Shown here piece by piece: positions 9,923 to 19,666 of a stretch of 64,000 nt of DNA. The DNA comes from Thermoplasmata archaeon (GTDB lineage Archaea; Thermoplasmatota; Thermoplasmata; Thermoplasmatales; GCA-001856825). Both the position numbers and the translations under genes were made by a program. Below the pieces are notes generated by a model that was not told the DNA's origin, did not search any database, and saw only the letters and a list, made by a program, of their open reading frames with translations. The stretch spans positions 320,001 through 384,000 of the forward strand of contig JAJYUZ010000002.1 in assembly GCA_021792255.1 (NCBI GenBank). Direction: 5' to 3'. Position 1 is the first letter of the stretch; every line of letters starts with the position of its first letter.

Positions 9923-10774
9923 GCCTGTCGAAGAAATCTTGGTCTTAATAGGATCGCCGTACTTTCTCAAGATCTCCAAGGATTCATCATCGTACAATGC
10001 TATTATGCTCTCACCGATTAACGAGACAGATGCAAATTCTCCGGAAAGATCGTCCAGAATCTTTTCAGCTCTCGGCGAAACGAGATTTGAATCAAGTGCA
10101 AACTTTCGACCGATTATGAACGCATTTTTCAGGGTCGGCTTTTTCATGAACGCTTTGAACGCTATCTTCCCATTCTTCAAGATATCCTCAAGACTGGAAG
10201 GAGATTTAATGACCTCTCCGGTTGGAATCTTCTTCTTAAATGGAAGTATCAGCAGTTCCGTAGGTTCCTCCAGTATTTTTTCGGTCACCGAATAGGGGAA
10301 ACTTCCTCCCTTTAGTCTGACGTGAAATCCTCCGGTCATTTGAGACTGCACATCCCCCAAGCCCGTGCCTCTTTGCAATTCAATCTTGTGGGCAATTTCG
10401 TATATTTGGCCGCTTATCGCATCACTTCCCATAATAGCGGCACAGGTGGTAAGCGCTGCACCGGCACTGAGTCCGAATCCGCTAGAGGGGGGGAGATCAG
10501 AATACGAAAAAATTCTGCCAGTAAATTTGAGCATATTGGCCACTTCTTCCTGTATCGAATTATCAATAGGTATTCCGTTGAATCTTACGTCCATCGAATC
10601 GGAATGCTCAATCTTGGTAGTGATTCCGGTTTCCACGCAGATTGAGACTCCCTTCGACCCTTTTTTCAGTAGATTCTGTTCCTTGTTTGGTACAAAGAAC
10701 AGTGTCGCGCTTCCGGGAGAGAATGCCTTATGGGAGTAGCTCGAGAATTCTTTTTGCGACTTCAAACTTATCAC
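9908..10774 (-). CDS. pantoate kinase (archaeal GHMP kinase family)
   Basis: AFSPG, KGSKG, PSSGFGLSAG GHMP loop, AHKIE...TGLGDV; directly downstream of coaBC. Confidence 0.85.
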   Translation of the reverse strand: MISLKSQKEFSSYSHKAFSPGSATLFFVPNKEQNLLKKGSKGVSICVETGITTKIEHSDSMDVRFNGIPIDNSIQEEVANMLKFTGRIFSYSDLPPSSGFGLSAGAALTTCAAIMGSDAISGQIYEIAHKIELQRGTGLGDVQSQMTGGFHVRLKGGSFPYSVTEKILEEPTELLILPFKKKIPTGEVIKSPSSLEDILKNGKIAFKAFMKKPTLKNAFIIGRKFALDSNLVSPRAEKILDDLSGEFASVSLIGESIIALYDDESLEILRKYGDPIKTKISSTGLSLD

Positions 10775-11897
10775 CTTCCAGGTCGGTTTCCATCTTGCCC
10801 TTTATGACTACGACTCTAGTGAAACCAGGTCTGACGTCTTTTAGATTATTGGCCACTATCATTTCGAGAGAGTTTTCCGACATTCTCCTCCTCGCCCTTG
10901 ATATCAGCTCTTTCTTAGTAACACCGTACTCAGCCTTGAACCCGACTACCACTCCCTTGTACTTTTCCCTAAGCACCTTGAGGAACTTTGGTGTTGGTTT
11001 GAGGTTAAGGGAAAATGACCTATCTGTGGAAATCTTCCCCCTTCTTTTCTCAGAAGTGAAATCAGAGAGAGCAGCGGGAACTATAACAGTATCATTCTTC
11101 CTTATCACATCTATTTTTGAAACTAGAGAAGCCAGATCGGTGAATTTATCGAATTTCAAGAAAGAAGGTACTTCGACAGTGACCTTTCCCAGAAAGAGTC
11201 TGACGTCTGCTCCCAGGTAATAAGCCATTGTGGCAATATCGATAGATGTTTCCCCTGTCGAGTTGTTGGTGATGATCCTAACGTCATCGATGTTCTCATA
11301 GCTCGAACCCCCAATGACGCAGATCTTCCTGTCTTTGAGTTCGGTATGAAGCGATCTGATGACCTCTGCTACGATGGACCTGTAATCTGAAATCTTTGCC
11401 TTCGACTCCTCTATCTGGGGTTCGGTGAAGATGACACTATACGACTTTAGAATCTCAATATTCTTTAAAATGATCGGATTTGTATACATGTTCAAGTGCA
11501 TCGCTGGGACCACGATTACTGGAATTTTCTCAAGCGCATTGGAAAAGATGGAGGTGACTGGAGTATCATCAATCCCGTGCGCCATCTTGGATATAGTGTT
11601 GGCAGTGCACGGTGACACGAGGAATAGGTCGGAGTCTTCCACAAGCTTGACGTGTTCTATCGCCCCGGAAAGCTCCAGGACAACCTTGTTTTCTGATGCG
11701 TACTCGAGTGTTGACGGATGTATAATCTTCCTAGCAGAGTCGGTCATGACTGGAAATACCTCAGCACCGTGTCTCCTGAGCTCGTGTATGAGTTTCACGG
11801 ATTCCACGGCCGAGATTGAGCCAGTCACTCCCAAAATAATCTTCTTGTCCTTGAGCAGTGAAGATTTTGTAATGAACTCCCCTTTCCTTTGAGGCAC
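10728..11897 (-). CDS. coaBC: bifunctional phosphopantothenoylcysteine decarboxylase/synthase
   Basis: GVTGSISA, PCTANTISKMAHGIDD, PAMH, IDDVRIITNNSTG, GFKAE. Confidence 0.95.
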   Translation of the reverse strand: MPQRKGEFITKSSLLKDKKIILGVTGSISAVESVKLIHELRRHGAEVFPVMTDSARKIIHPSTLEYASENKVVLELSGAIEHVKLVEDSDLFLVSPCTANTISKMAHGIDDTPVTSIFSNALEKIPVIVVPAMHLNMYTNPIILKNIEILKSYSVIFTEPQIEESKAKISDYRSIVAEVIRSLHTELKDRKICVIGGSSYENIDDVRIITNNSTGETSIDIATMAYYLGADVRLFLGKVTVEVPSFLKFDKFTDLASLVSKIDVIRKNDTVIVPAALSDFTSEKRRGKISTDRSFSLNLKPTPKFLKVLREKYKGVVVGFKAEYGVTKKELISRARRRMSENSLEMIVANNLKDVRPGFTRVVVIKGKMETDLEGDKFEVAKRILELLP

Positions 11898-11951
11898 TAC
11901 CGTACATATTATTTACAATAAAAAATTTAATGATGGTCGTTCTCTCTAAAC

Positions 11952-13301
11952 ATGGACGTTAGGGACACTCTTTCCGCCTCTCTAAAGAAAATAGAGACGA
12001 GGGAGGGAAAGAGACTCAACATGTTTGTCTGCGGACCGACAGTCCAGGACAAGCCGCACATGGGTCACGCCAGAACTTACGTATTCTACGACGTTCTTGC
12101 GAGATATCTCAGGTACAAGAAGATAAGGCTGTTCTACCTGATGAACATCACCGACATAGAGGATCATATAATAACCAAGATGCAGGAAACGGGGAGATCG
12201 TGGGAAGACATCATCGACTCAAATTCCTCAGAATTTTTCAGAGTGATGGGGATTCTCAAGAACAATTCCGTAAACTACTACGCATTTGCGACTGATTACA
12301 TCAGCGAAATTATCGCGCAGGTCTCAAAACTGATTAAAAAGGGTTATGCCTATGAGATAGCGGACGGGGTGTACTACAGGGCTAGAAAATTCAAAGACTA
12401 TGGAAAACTGTCAAAACAGAATCTTGATCAACTGATGATCGGGGCTCGTGTGGAAGTGAATGAGGAAAAAGAGGACCCACTCGATTTCGCGTTGTGGAAG
12501 AAGAAAAAAGAAGGTGAACCCTCTTGGCCCAGTCCATGGGGGGAGGGTAGACCAGGGTGGCACATCGAAGATACTGCCATAACCGAGTCATTTTTTGGCC
12601 CGAACTACGACATTCACGGCGGAGCAAAGGATCTAATTTTCCCGCATCACGAATCAGAAATAGCGCAGATGGAGGCGATTTCAAGGAAGAAACCGCTTGT
12701 AAAGTATTGGATCCACACCGGCCACCTTAACGTGGATGACATAAAGATGAGCAAGAGTCTCAAGAATTTCGTCACTGTAGAAGAAGCACTGAAGAATTAC
12801 TGGCCAGAGGCAATCAGGATTATGATGCTGTCCATGCGTTATAACGCTGCCGTAAACTTCGATGAAAAGGCCGTAGTCGATGCACAGGGAACGGCCGAAA
12901 GGATTTCCATCCTACAGCACAGAGTGAACAGCTCTAAACTTACGAAGAACGAAAGGGCGGAAGAAGTGGTCAAGAGGATACTTGCACCACTTGAGAACGA
13001 TGTGAATACTCCGGAGACAATAAAGGAGTTTTTAGGTTTTGTAAAGGATTCCTTAGCAAAGAGTAAGATGACGGAAGAGGAAAAGGGAGAGATCAAGTAC
13101 GTCTTAAACGAAGTAGAGAAGGTCATGGGTATCGTGCATAATGCACCCCTTCCAGAAAGATCCATGGACATAGTACTTAATCTCAGGAACGAACTGAGAA
13201 AGAAAGGCGATTATGGGTCTGCTGACAAGATAAGGGACAGCCTGAAGGATGAAGGAATAAAGATCGAGGATACCGCCGAGGGAAGCTATCTATGGTGGTA
13301 G
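11952..13301 (+). CDS. cysS: cysteine--tRNA ligase
   Basis: CGPTV, HMGH (HIGH-like), DFALWK, GRPGWHIE, FPHHE, KMSKS. Confidence 0.97.
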   Translation: MDVRDTLSASLKKIETREGKRLNMFVCGPTVQDKPHMGHARTYVFYDVLARYLRYKKIRLFYLMNITDIEDHIITKMQETGRSWEDIIDSNSSEFFRVMGILKNNSVNYYAFATDYISEIIAQVSKLIKKGYAYEIADGVYYRARKFKDYGKLSKQNLDQLMIGARVEVNEEKEDPLDFALWKKKKEGEPSWPSPWGEGRPGWHIEDTAITESFFGPNYDIHGGAKDLIFPHHESEIAQMEAISRKKPLVKYWIHTGHLNVDDIKMSKSLKNFVTVEEALKNYWPEAIRIMMLSMRYNAAVNFDEKAVVDAQGTAERISILQHRVNSSKLTKNERAEEVVKRILAPLENDVNTPETIKEFLGFVKDSLAKSKMTEEEKGEIKYVLNEVEKVMGIVHNAPLPERSMDIVLNLRNELRKKGDYGSADKIRDSLKDEGIKIEDTAEGSYLWW

Positions 13302-13819
13302 AATTTGATGCGATAGTTTCTATTGATTTAATCAACGAATTCGTCACAGGAAAACTGGGAAGGCCAAAGTTCAAAAAGGTGGTCAAAGCTACCAGAGAAC
13401 TGATAGAAAGGAGTGGAAAATTTACCGTTTTGGTGCAAGATTCCCATACAGAGACGGATCCCGAACTACGAGTGTGGGGACAACACGCTATGGACGGTAC
13501 GAAAGAATCGGAAACGGTCCCTGCACTCAGGGGAACTGGCCCGATTATTAAGAAACACACTTACGATGCATTCTACGATACACCTCTCGAGGCTGTTTTG
13601 ATGGGTCAGGGGGCAAAAAAAGTAGTGTTTTGCGGAGTCGTTACCGATATCTGCATCATCCATTCCGTCGCCTCTGCATTCTACCGTGGTCTCATCCCGA
13701 TAGTGGTCGAAGAATGCACTGACACCTATTCTTCGGCTCAAAAGAAGAGGACCCTCGACTACATGAAGATGAATTATGGAGCAAAAATAATATCTCTAAC
13801 GGAGATTGTCGCAAAATGA
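13292..13819 (+). CDS. pncA: nicotinamidase (isochorismatase family)
   Basis: D-K-C triad (IDLINEF, KKHTYDAF, TDIC), metal-binding DSH...WGQH; coupled to pncB. Confidence 0.8.
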   Translation: MVVEFDAIVSIDLINEFVTGKLGRPKFKKVVKATRELIERSGKFTVLVQDSHTETDPELRVWGQHAMDGTKESETVPALRGTGPIIKKHTYDAFYDTPLEAVLMGQGAKKVVFCGVVTDICIIHSVASAFYRGLIPIVVEECTDTYSSAQKKRTLDYMKMNYGAKIISLTEIVAK

Positions 13820-14979
13820 GAAATATCGCTTCCCAAGAGGAGATACTCGACCTGAAAACGACGGACATCTATTTTCTTAGAGCAAGAAAAGTTCTAAGAA
13901 AGATTGGGTTCAATCCTAAGGTGGTAATGGAGATAACTTGCTCCTCAAGGGAACAGCCGTGGATCACACTGTCCGGACTCGATGATCTGACAGAGCTTTT
14001 GAGAGGAAAGAAGGTAGACGCATATTCTCTCCCTGAGGGAACGATTTTCCCTCCAAGAGATATGAACGGTATTCCAATACCAGCGGTGAAGGTCGATGGG
14101 AAGTACTTGGATTTTGGAATGCTAGAAACGCCAATGCTGGGGTCACTGTCCCAGGCGTCTGGCATTGCCACGAAGGCATCTTATTTTAAGAAAAGGATAG
14201 GGGAATTGCCGCTTCTATCGTTCGGTGTGAGAAGGATGCATCCTGCTCTTGCTCCGCTCATCGATAGAAATTCGTACATGGGCGGATGCGATAAGGTATC
14301 AAGCATTATAGGTGCGGATAGAATTGGAAAGAAGGCAGAAGGTACTATGCCTCACTCTCTCCTCCTACTTCTGGGCGAAGACAGGGGATGGAAAGTGTAC
14401 GATGAAGTCATAGAAGAAGGTGCAAATAGAATTGCACTGGTTGACACTTATAGCGACGAGAAAGAATCATCGCTGAGAGCGGCTAGGGCAATAAAGGGAT
14501 TGAATGCCGTTAGGCTCGATACACCTTCCTCGAGACGGGGTAATTTTGCAGATATCGTAAGGGAAGTAAGGTGGGAACTCGACCGCAATGGGAAGAAGGG
14601 GGTAGGGATAATAGTTTCCGGAGGAATAAAAGAAGGCGACATCGAAGAACTGAAGAAAGCTGGAGCCTCTGGGTTTGGGATAGGAACAGCCATTTCAAGT
14701 GCGTCTGCAATAGACTTTGCTATGGACATAGTGAACATCGAGGGTAAGGACAAGACCAAGAAAGGAAAGTACTCCGGGAGCAAGAACGTGTTCAGGTGCA
14801 GGAAATGTCATTCATACTTGGTGTCCGTAAACACAAGGGAAAAGTGTCCCTCAGATGGATCTCAGATGGAAAGCCTCTACCATAAAGTTGTCGAAAACGG
14901 CAAGGTGATTTATAGGGAGAACATACAGGAGAGCAGAAACTACGTTTTGGAACAACTAGGGTGGTACCAATTATCCTAG
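13816..14979 (+). CDS. pncB: nicotinate phosphoribosyltransferase
   Basis: TTDIYF, FGVRRMHP, GTMPH, LVDTY, VRLDTPSSRRG, VSGG, C-terminal Cys pairs. Confidence 0.92.
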   Translation: MRNIASQEEILDLKTTDIYFLRARKVLRKIGFNPKVVMEITCSSREQPWITLSGLDDLTELLRGKKVDAYSLPEGTIFPPRDMNGIPIPAVKVDGKYLDFGMLETPMLGSLSQASGIATKASYFKKRIGELPLLSFGVRRMHPALAPLIDRNSYMGGCDKVSSIIGADRIGKKAEGTMPHSLLLLLGEDRGWKVYDEVIEEGANRIALVDTYSDEKESSLRAARAIKGLNAVRLDTPSSRRGNFADIVREVRWELDRNGKKGVGIIVSGGIKEGDIEELKKAGASGFGIGTAISSASAIDFAMDIVNIEGKDKTKKGKYSGSKNVFRCRKCHSYLVSVNTREKCPSDGSQMESLYHKVVENGKVIYRENIQESRNYVLEQLGWYQLS

Positions 14980-15545
14980 TAACGGGATTCAAACAATACT
15001 CAAATTTCAAGAGAAACCCTTCGGGCGAGATTGCTGAGCTACTGGATGGATCTTACTTTCGGGGGAAAGAAGTGGTTGGTATGGCTCTGGAGGCAAAACA
15101 TTCCGTTCTAGAGAAGGAGTACTTGAGGGAGGTCAAGAAGGGGTACGAGGTAATAGTCAACACTGGACTTTCACCCGGAAGGAGAGTGATAGGAGTCGAA
15201 AAGGTTGCAGTCAACTGGCAAAGCGACGAAAAGGATGAGGATGGAGTATCATCCAAAGCCGGAAGCATATTGAGAGAAGGACCTGATGGCCTCTTTTCAA
15301 GACTCCCAGTGGAAGACATTTTGCACTCATTAAGGTCGGCCAAGATACCCTCAGAGATATCCTTCTCGGCAGGAATTTTCCTGTCCAATAAGATATTTTT
15401 CTTATCGCTTTATTACTCAAAAGGGAAAGCAGGTTTTGTTAATTTCCCTGCCGAAGCAGAGAGTTCACTGGATGGAAAATATCCAACCATGAACATCGAG
15501 AGTATGATCAAGTCCTTAGAAATTACAATCCAGAAAACGATATAG
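14961..15545 (+). CDS. pyroglutamyl-peptidase I (C15) homolog with substituted catalytic Cys and His
   Basis: ILVTGF...NPS, VEKVAVN, FSRLPV; SAGIFLSN has Ser where Cys is expected and GFVNFP has Asn where His is expected. Confidence 0.8.
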   Translation: MVPIILVTGFKQYSNFKRNPSGEIAELLDGSYFRGKEVVGMALEAKHSVLEKEYLREVKKGYEVIVNTGLSPGRRVIGVEKVAVNWQSDEKDEDGVSSKAGSILREGPDGLFSRLPVEDILHSLRSAKIPSEISFSAGIFLSNKIFFLSLYYSKGKAGFVNFPAEAESSLDGKYPTMNIESMIKSLEITIQKTI

Positions 15546-15546
15546 C

Positions 15547-15696
15547 CTACTGTCCGCCTCTCTTTTCCTTTGCCTTCAGTCTGAGTTCATGACTGCCGCA
15601 CTTCCTGCACGTCGTTGCTCTAATGGGATTTGATGCATAGCAGTTCATGCATATTTTCTTGTTGAATATTCTATCAGTTGCTTCCTTGAAAGGCAT
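15547..15696 (-). CDS. rpl40e: 50S ribosomal protein L40e (not in ORF track)
   Basis: Manual translation [49 protein letters not shown]; CxxC...CRKCG pattern. Confidence 0.95.
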   Translation of the reverse strand: MPFKEATDRIFNKKICMNCYASNPIRATTCRKCGSHELRLKAKEKRGGQ

Positions 15697-15885
15697 TCGT
15701 TCGTAATCAGCACTCTATATAAATCCTCTTCTATAATGATAAAGTGGGTGACGTACAGATCGGTCACAAAGGCTGCGGTCAGATTTGAGACTTACTGAAT
15801 GAATGACTTAAAGATAATTTTAGATTATAATATTTGAAGATCAAAATGCTTCGGATCTGAAATTGCCCAGTACAGTGAAGCCTTT

Positions 15886-16545
15886 TTGACTTCGGATACC
15901 GAGGGCAATCCAGCTGGTGAATCGTTTTATAGCATATCCTGCTACAAAGCTGTGATTGACGCGAGCAACATACCTCCCTCATTCCCCCCACGAAAGCCCA
16001 AGCATACCTACGCAGTGGTGAGTTTAGTGATTGTCATTGCAGTCGTCGCGGTAGCTTCTGGGGTAATAGCAATTCAGCAACTCACTTCAGTCCACCTTCA
16101 CGTTGGTATTCCTTCAGACTCAGAAGTCAATAATCTGGCAGGTCAACAGTTGATACCAAACTTGAATGACAACTACTCTGCTTATTCTGGTTACGGAACT
16201 GCTCTAAAAGAGACGATTGCCTTCTTCAACACATCAAACGGAGAAGGTTTTATTCTGATAGGTTCTTTTGAATTTGCCAACAGGTCGTCGTCATACGGCT
16301 TCTACGTCAACAATCCTCCAAACTCTATGTTTTTCCCGAAGCAATTCTTTCCAAACGCAACCTTCGAGAACGGTTCTTACGACGGCTTCAATTTTTCCTT
16401 CATGATTGAAAATAAGACTGGAAATTATACGTTTATTGCTATTGGACAGTCAGGCTCTTACGCATTTTGGATAGACGATTCGGGTATAAAGCTCTCAAGT
16501 GTAACAAGTCTAATTCACGAAGAAATCCAGTCGATGGAACACTAG
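15886..16545 (+). CDS. membrane-anchored putative surface glycoprotein
   Basis: Single hydrophobic segment followed by a domain with eight N-x-S/T sequons; start codon uncertain. Confidence 0.6.
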   Translation: MTSDTEGNPAGESFYSISCYKAVIDASNIPPSFPPRKPKHTYAVVSLVIVIAVVAVASGVIAIQQLTSVHLHVGIPSDSEVNNLAGQQLIPNLNDNYSAYSGYGTALKETIAFFNTSNGEGFILIGSFEFANRSSSYGFYVNNPPNSMFFPKQFFPNATFENGSYDGFNFSFMIENKTGNYTFIAIGQSGSYAFWIDDSGIKLSSVTSLIHEEIQSMEH

Positions 16546-16629
16546 ATTTGGAACTAATTAGGAAATGTTCACAGAAGCTAACAATTTGTCTGGGAAAATT
16601 TAAAATAAATACATTGATTTGAATACGAA

Positions 16630-17181
16630 ATGAAAAGGAGGGTCGCAATCGTACTCCCTTTTGCAGTACTTTCTACCGTTTTGTCAGTCTATACTATTCT
16701 AATCACAAGCCGGTCAAGTCCCGCCTTTTTTGCTGGTTATACGCATTCAGCAATTGCAACTAATGGACCAATGCAGGTTTCAGTCGCGTACCCAATTGGG
16801 TCGATCTTCCTGACTCTTTCTGTTATGGGATGGTTACTGACTGGATACGAGCTGTTTGCTGAACGAAAGAAGGAAATTTCTCACATCCTCCGAACTACGG
16901 TTTCTGGTAGGAAGGATCACTGGGGTATTTATAACGTCTTTAAGGGAAAAGGCGGAGCCAGGCGCTTGACAATACTGGAATCACTTAACGTCCCGAGGCA
17001 AAGAAACGAAGTTGCAAAAATAACTGCTACTGATTGGAAGGAAGTGGATCGTAACATTAGGATTCTGGAGTCAGCGAATCTAATCAGAACTGGTCAGTCT
17101 GGAACTCCATATCCCCGCTACGAACTTACCGAGGAAGGACATGAGCTATTGGAGAAAATCGCTTCAGTAGTCCAAGGCTGA
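16630..17181 (+). CDS. membrane-anchored winged-HTH (ArsR-like) regulator
   Basis: Two N-terminal hydrophobic helices; C-terminal RLTILESL...NEVAK...WKEVDRNIRILESANLI...YELTEEG. Confidence 0.75.
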   Translation: MKRRVAIVLPFAVLSTVLSVYTILITSRSSPAFFAGYTHSAIATNGPMQVSVAYPIGSIFLTLSVMGWLLTGYELFAERKKEISHILRTTVSGRKDHWGIYNVFKGKGGARRLTILESLNVPRQRNEVAKITATDWKEVDRNIRILESANLIRTGQSGTPYPRYELTEEGHELLEKIASVVQG

Positions 17182-17240
17182 ATAAGATTCAGGAATTTCT
17201 CAAAGGAAAACAATATTATTTTCTACATTCTTCCGATGGA

Positions 17241-18602
17241 GTGGAACAGAATGTTACGTTCACTGGCTCATTTATGCAGTCTTTTACTTCTATAGGGCCC
17301 CTGCTGGACATCGCAGCACTGTTTTCTGCAATCGCGGTCTATTCCGGCCCCTTTCTCGGAACGGTAATGTTGATCTCCTTCCTAGCGGCATTTACGACTG
17401 TGTACGTAATATGGTCCCTCTCCAAGCACTTTCAATCGAATGGAGGTTACTACCTTTTCGCCGGAAAGATTTTAGGCAAGAGTGTCGGGGTATCTGTTTC
17501 ATTCCTTTACGTCATATACGCCCTGCTAGTCGTACCCAATGTAGCCCTGTTTGTCTCCTTCTTCATTCTTCATTTCTTCGCCCTTAATTCCGAGTTAAGT
17601 TTCATCCTCAGCTATGCAGTACCTTTCCTCTTCATATTTGGAGTTACAGGAATAGTCTCTCAAGGACTTGGAAGGTCCATAAAATATACAATTTCAGCTG
17701 GAGCAATCGAGCTGATCTTCATATCGATTTTGGACGTTCTCTTTTTGACGCACGCAGTTTCGTTCTCATTTCCCATTTTACCAACTACAAACCTAGAAAC
17801 ATATTCCGTCTTCAGTGGTGTGGTCTTTGGAATACTAGCCTTTGCCGGCATGGGTTCACCGGTATTCCTTTCCGAGGATACCAAGAAGGGAGTTGTCACG
17901 ATTCCAAGGGCACTGAAGTATTCCTATCTGGTGACCGGGATAGTCTTGGTAATCTCTGCCTTCTCGATGATGGCTTTCCTCGGAGTGAATGGAATTTTGA
18001 CTTATTCATCTAATCCGTTCTACGTTAACGATTCCATAAGAGTTTCTTTCGGAGTTTGGGCGTACTTCATGTTTGCGGTACTAGCGGTTTTGAGCTCTAT
18101 GAATCTCAGCGTAGCTTACTCCAATGCACTGCTCAACGCGATTCGGAGGATGTCAAAGGATGGAATCTTACCAAAAAAAGTCCAAAATAATTCCCATCTG
18201 ATTCTCGTCTTTGTGGCGTCAGAAGCAGTGGTGATAACTCTTGCAAATACTTTCCTCGGGAATTTTTTGGGATTTGTAGTAATTGCAGCGATCGTTTCGT
18301 TTTCGTTCATGGCTATCCACATCATTGTAGGAGTTTCTCTGATCAAACTTTCGATGAAGCTGAAGGAAGCAGTAAAATTGCTCGCAGCTTCGGCGTCAGT
18401 CCTGATTCTGACAGTTACGATAGCGTTTTCTTTCATTGCAGATTCAAGTCCCGGTAATCCGACGAGGATCTCTATCATCGCATTCCTAACGGCCGTTGTC
18501 ATATCTGCTTCCATTGCGTATCTTGGAAGCACTAGCTCCAAATCGTGGTACGGGAAGATAAACATCCTGAACAACCTGGATTCTACAGAAAGTGATCGGT
18601 AA
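17241..18602 (+). CDS. APC-family amino acid permease
   Basis: About 12 hydrophobic segments, NGGYY, FAGMGS...LSEDTK, IPRA, MSKDGILPK. Confidence 0.85.
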   Translation: MEQNVTFTGSFMQSFTSIGPLLDIAALFSAIAVYSGPFLGTVMLISFLAAFTTVYVIWSLSKHFQSNGGYYLFAGKILGKSVGVSVSFLYVIYALLVVPNVALFVSFFILHFFALNSELSFILSYAVPFLFIFGVTGIVSQGLGRSIKYTISAGAIELIFISILDVLFLTHAVSFSFPILPTTNLETYSVFSGVVFGILAFAGMGSPVFLSEDTKKGVVTIPRALKYSYLVTGIVLVISAFSMMAFLGVNGILTYSSNPFYVNDSIRVSFGVWAYFMFAVLAVLSSMNLSVAYSNALLNAIRRMSKDGILPKKVQNNSHLILVFVASEAVVITLANTFLGNFLGFVVIAAIVSFSFMAIHIIVGVSLIKLSMKLKEAVKLLAASASVLILTVTIAFSFIADSSPGNPTRISIIAFLTAVVISASIAYLGSTSSKSWYGKINILNNLDSTESDR

Positions 18603-18610
18603 TAGAGAAA

Positions 18611-18683
18611 AGCCACCGGAGGGAATCGAGCCCCCGACCTGCTGATTACAAATCAGCTGCTCTTCCGACTGAGCTACGGTGGC
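18611..18683 (-). tRNA. tRNA-Thr(UGU)
   Basis: Reverse complement folds as a cloverleaf: acceptor GCCACCG/CGGTGGC, anticodon arm GCTGA-TTTGTAA-TCAGC, T-loop CTCGATT; CCA not encoded. Confidence 0.93.
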
Positions 18684-18794
18684 ATTGTGGAGGCTTCTAA
18701 ACTTCTTACGGTTATTTTATCCTTTTCGTCAAGACGGGTCCTGAGATAATAGCATCAGACAATTCTTAAATAACAAAAGACGGTCGCGAAAAAC

Positions 18795-19304
18795 ATGACT
18801 GATTTGGTTACCGGTCTGAAAGCAGGTGCAATTTCGGGTGTTATTTATGGAGTCATAAGTACGGTCATGACAGAGATATTCGCTCTAACAATACTCAAGG
18901 GATTCATTATGACCGTTTTGGACAGAGCCGTAAGCCAAGCTGCAAATTCCGGAGTCACACTCAGCGCGTCTTCACTCTACACCCTAACGATCGACTTAGC
19001 GGGAATAGCCGCCTTCATCGGCGGCATAGTCGCTGGGTTGATACTTGGTATAATCTTCGGGGCCCTGTATTCAAGAATTCCAGGTAAAACTCCGGTCAAC
19101 AGGGGTCTCCTCCTTGGGTTGATCATGTGGCTGGGTCTCAGCGTCCTTGTAGGTCTGGTGAGTCTATTCGAGTACGGCGTATACTATTACCTCATATCAG
19201 TTGCGGATGGATTAGTTCTCTCTCTTATATTCGGGTACCTTTTGGGGTACTTCTTCGGAATGTGGAGGGAGCCTGTTTCTAGTCCAAACGCCACTCAGCA
19301 GTGA
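18795..19304 (+). CDS. hypothetical multi-pass membrane protein
   Basis: Four Gly-rich hydrophobic helices. Confidence 0.75.
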   Translation: MTDLVTGLKAGAISGVIYGVISTVMTEIFALTILKGFIMTVLDRAVSQAANSGVTLSASSLYTLTIDLAGIAAFIGGIVAGLILGIIFGALYSRIPGKTPVNRGLLLGLIMWLGLSVLVGLVSLFEYGVYYYLISVADGLVLSLIFGYLLGYFFGMWREPVSSPNATQQ

Positions 19305-19435
19305 AAAAAGAAACATGTTTGCACCCGGGTAGGAGTTGAGATCGACCTCTAGCCTATTTCAAGAGAATGATTGAAATTCTTCTTGTGTAATATTGAGAAG
19401 TTCGTAATATTCGGAGCGCAAGATCGAGATTCCCA

Positions 19436-19520
19436 CGCCGAGGGGGAGATTTGAACTCCCGAGCTCTCGCGAGCAATAGATCTCGAATCTATCGCCTTGG
19501 CCGGGCTAGGCTACCTCGGC
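19436..19520 (-). tRNA. tRNA-Ser(CGA)
   Basis: Acceptor GCCGAGG/CCTCGGC with G discriminator, anticodon arm ATAGA-TTCGAGA-TCTAT, long variable arm, TTCAAAT T-loop. Confidence 0.95.
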
Positions 19521-19666
19521 AAGTAAGGGTCAATGGAAAAAGACTCTGAGAATTTAACTATTTGTAATATTCGTCTGACTGGAAGATCCACTTGATGCAA
19601 TTCATTATGGTACCAGATTGCTAATTTTGTCAAAAATCTAATTAGTCAAACTCAGTTTAGAAATTC

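Noticed and set aside
15768-15790. tRNA 3'-end-like string as a possible att site
   Set aside because: Does not match tRNA-Thr, -Ser or -Ala in this window; T-stem incomplete
19320-19365. tRNA-like 3' fragment on the minus strand
   Set aside because: The 5' T-stem strand is missing and no cloverleaf forms
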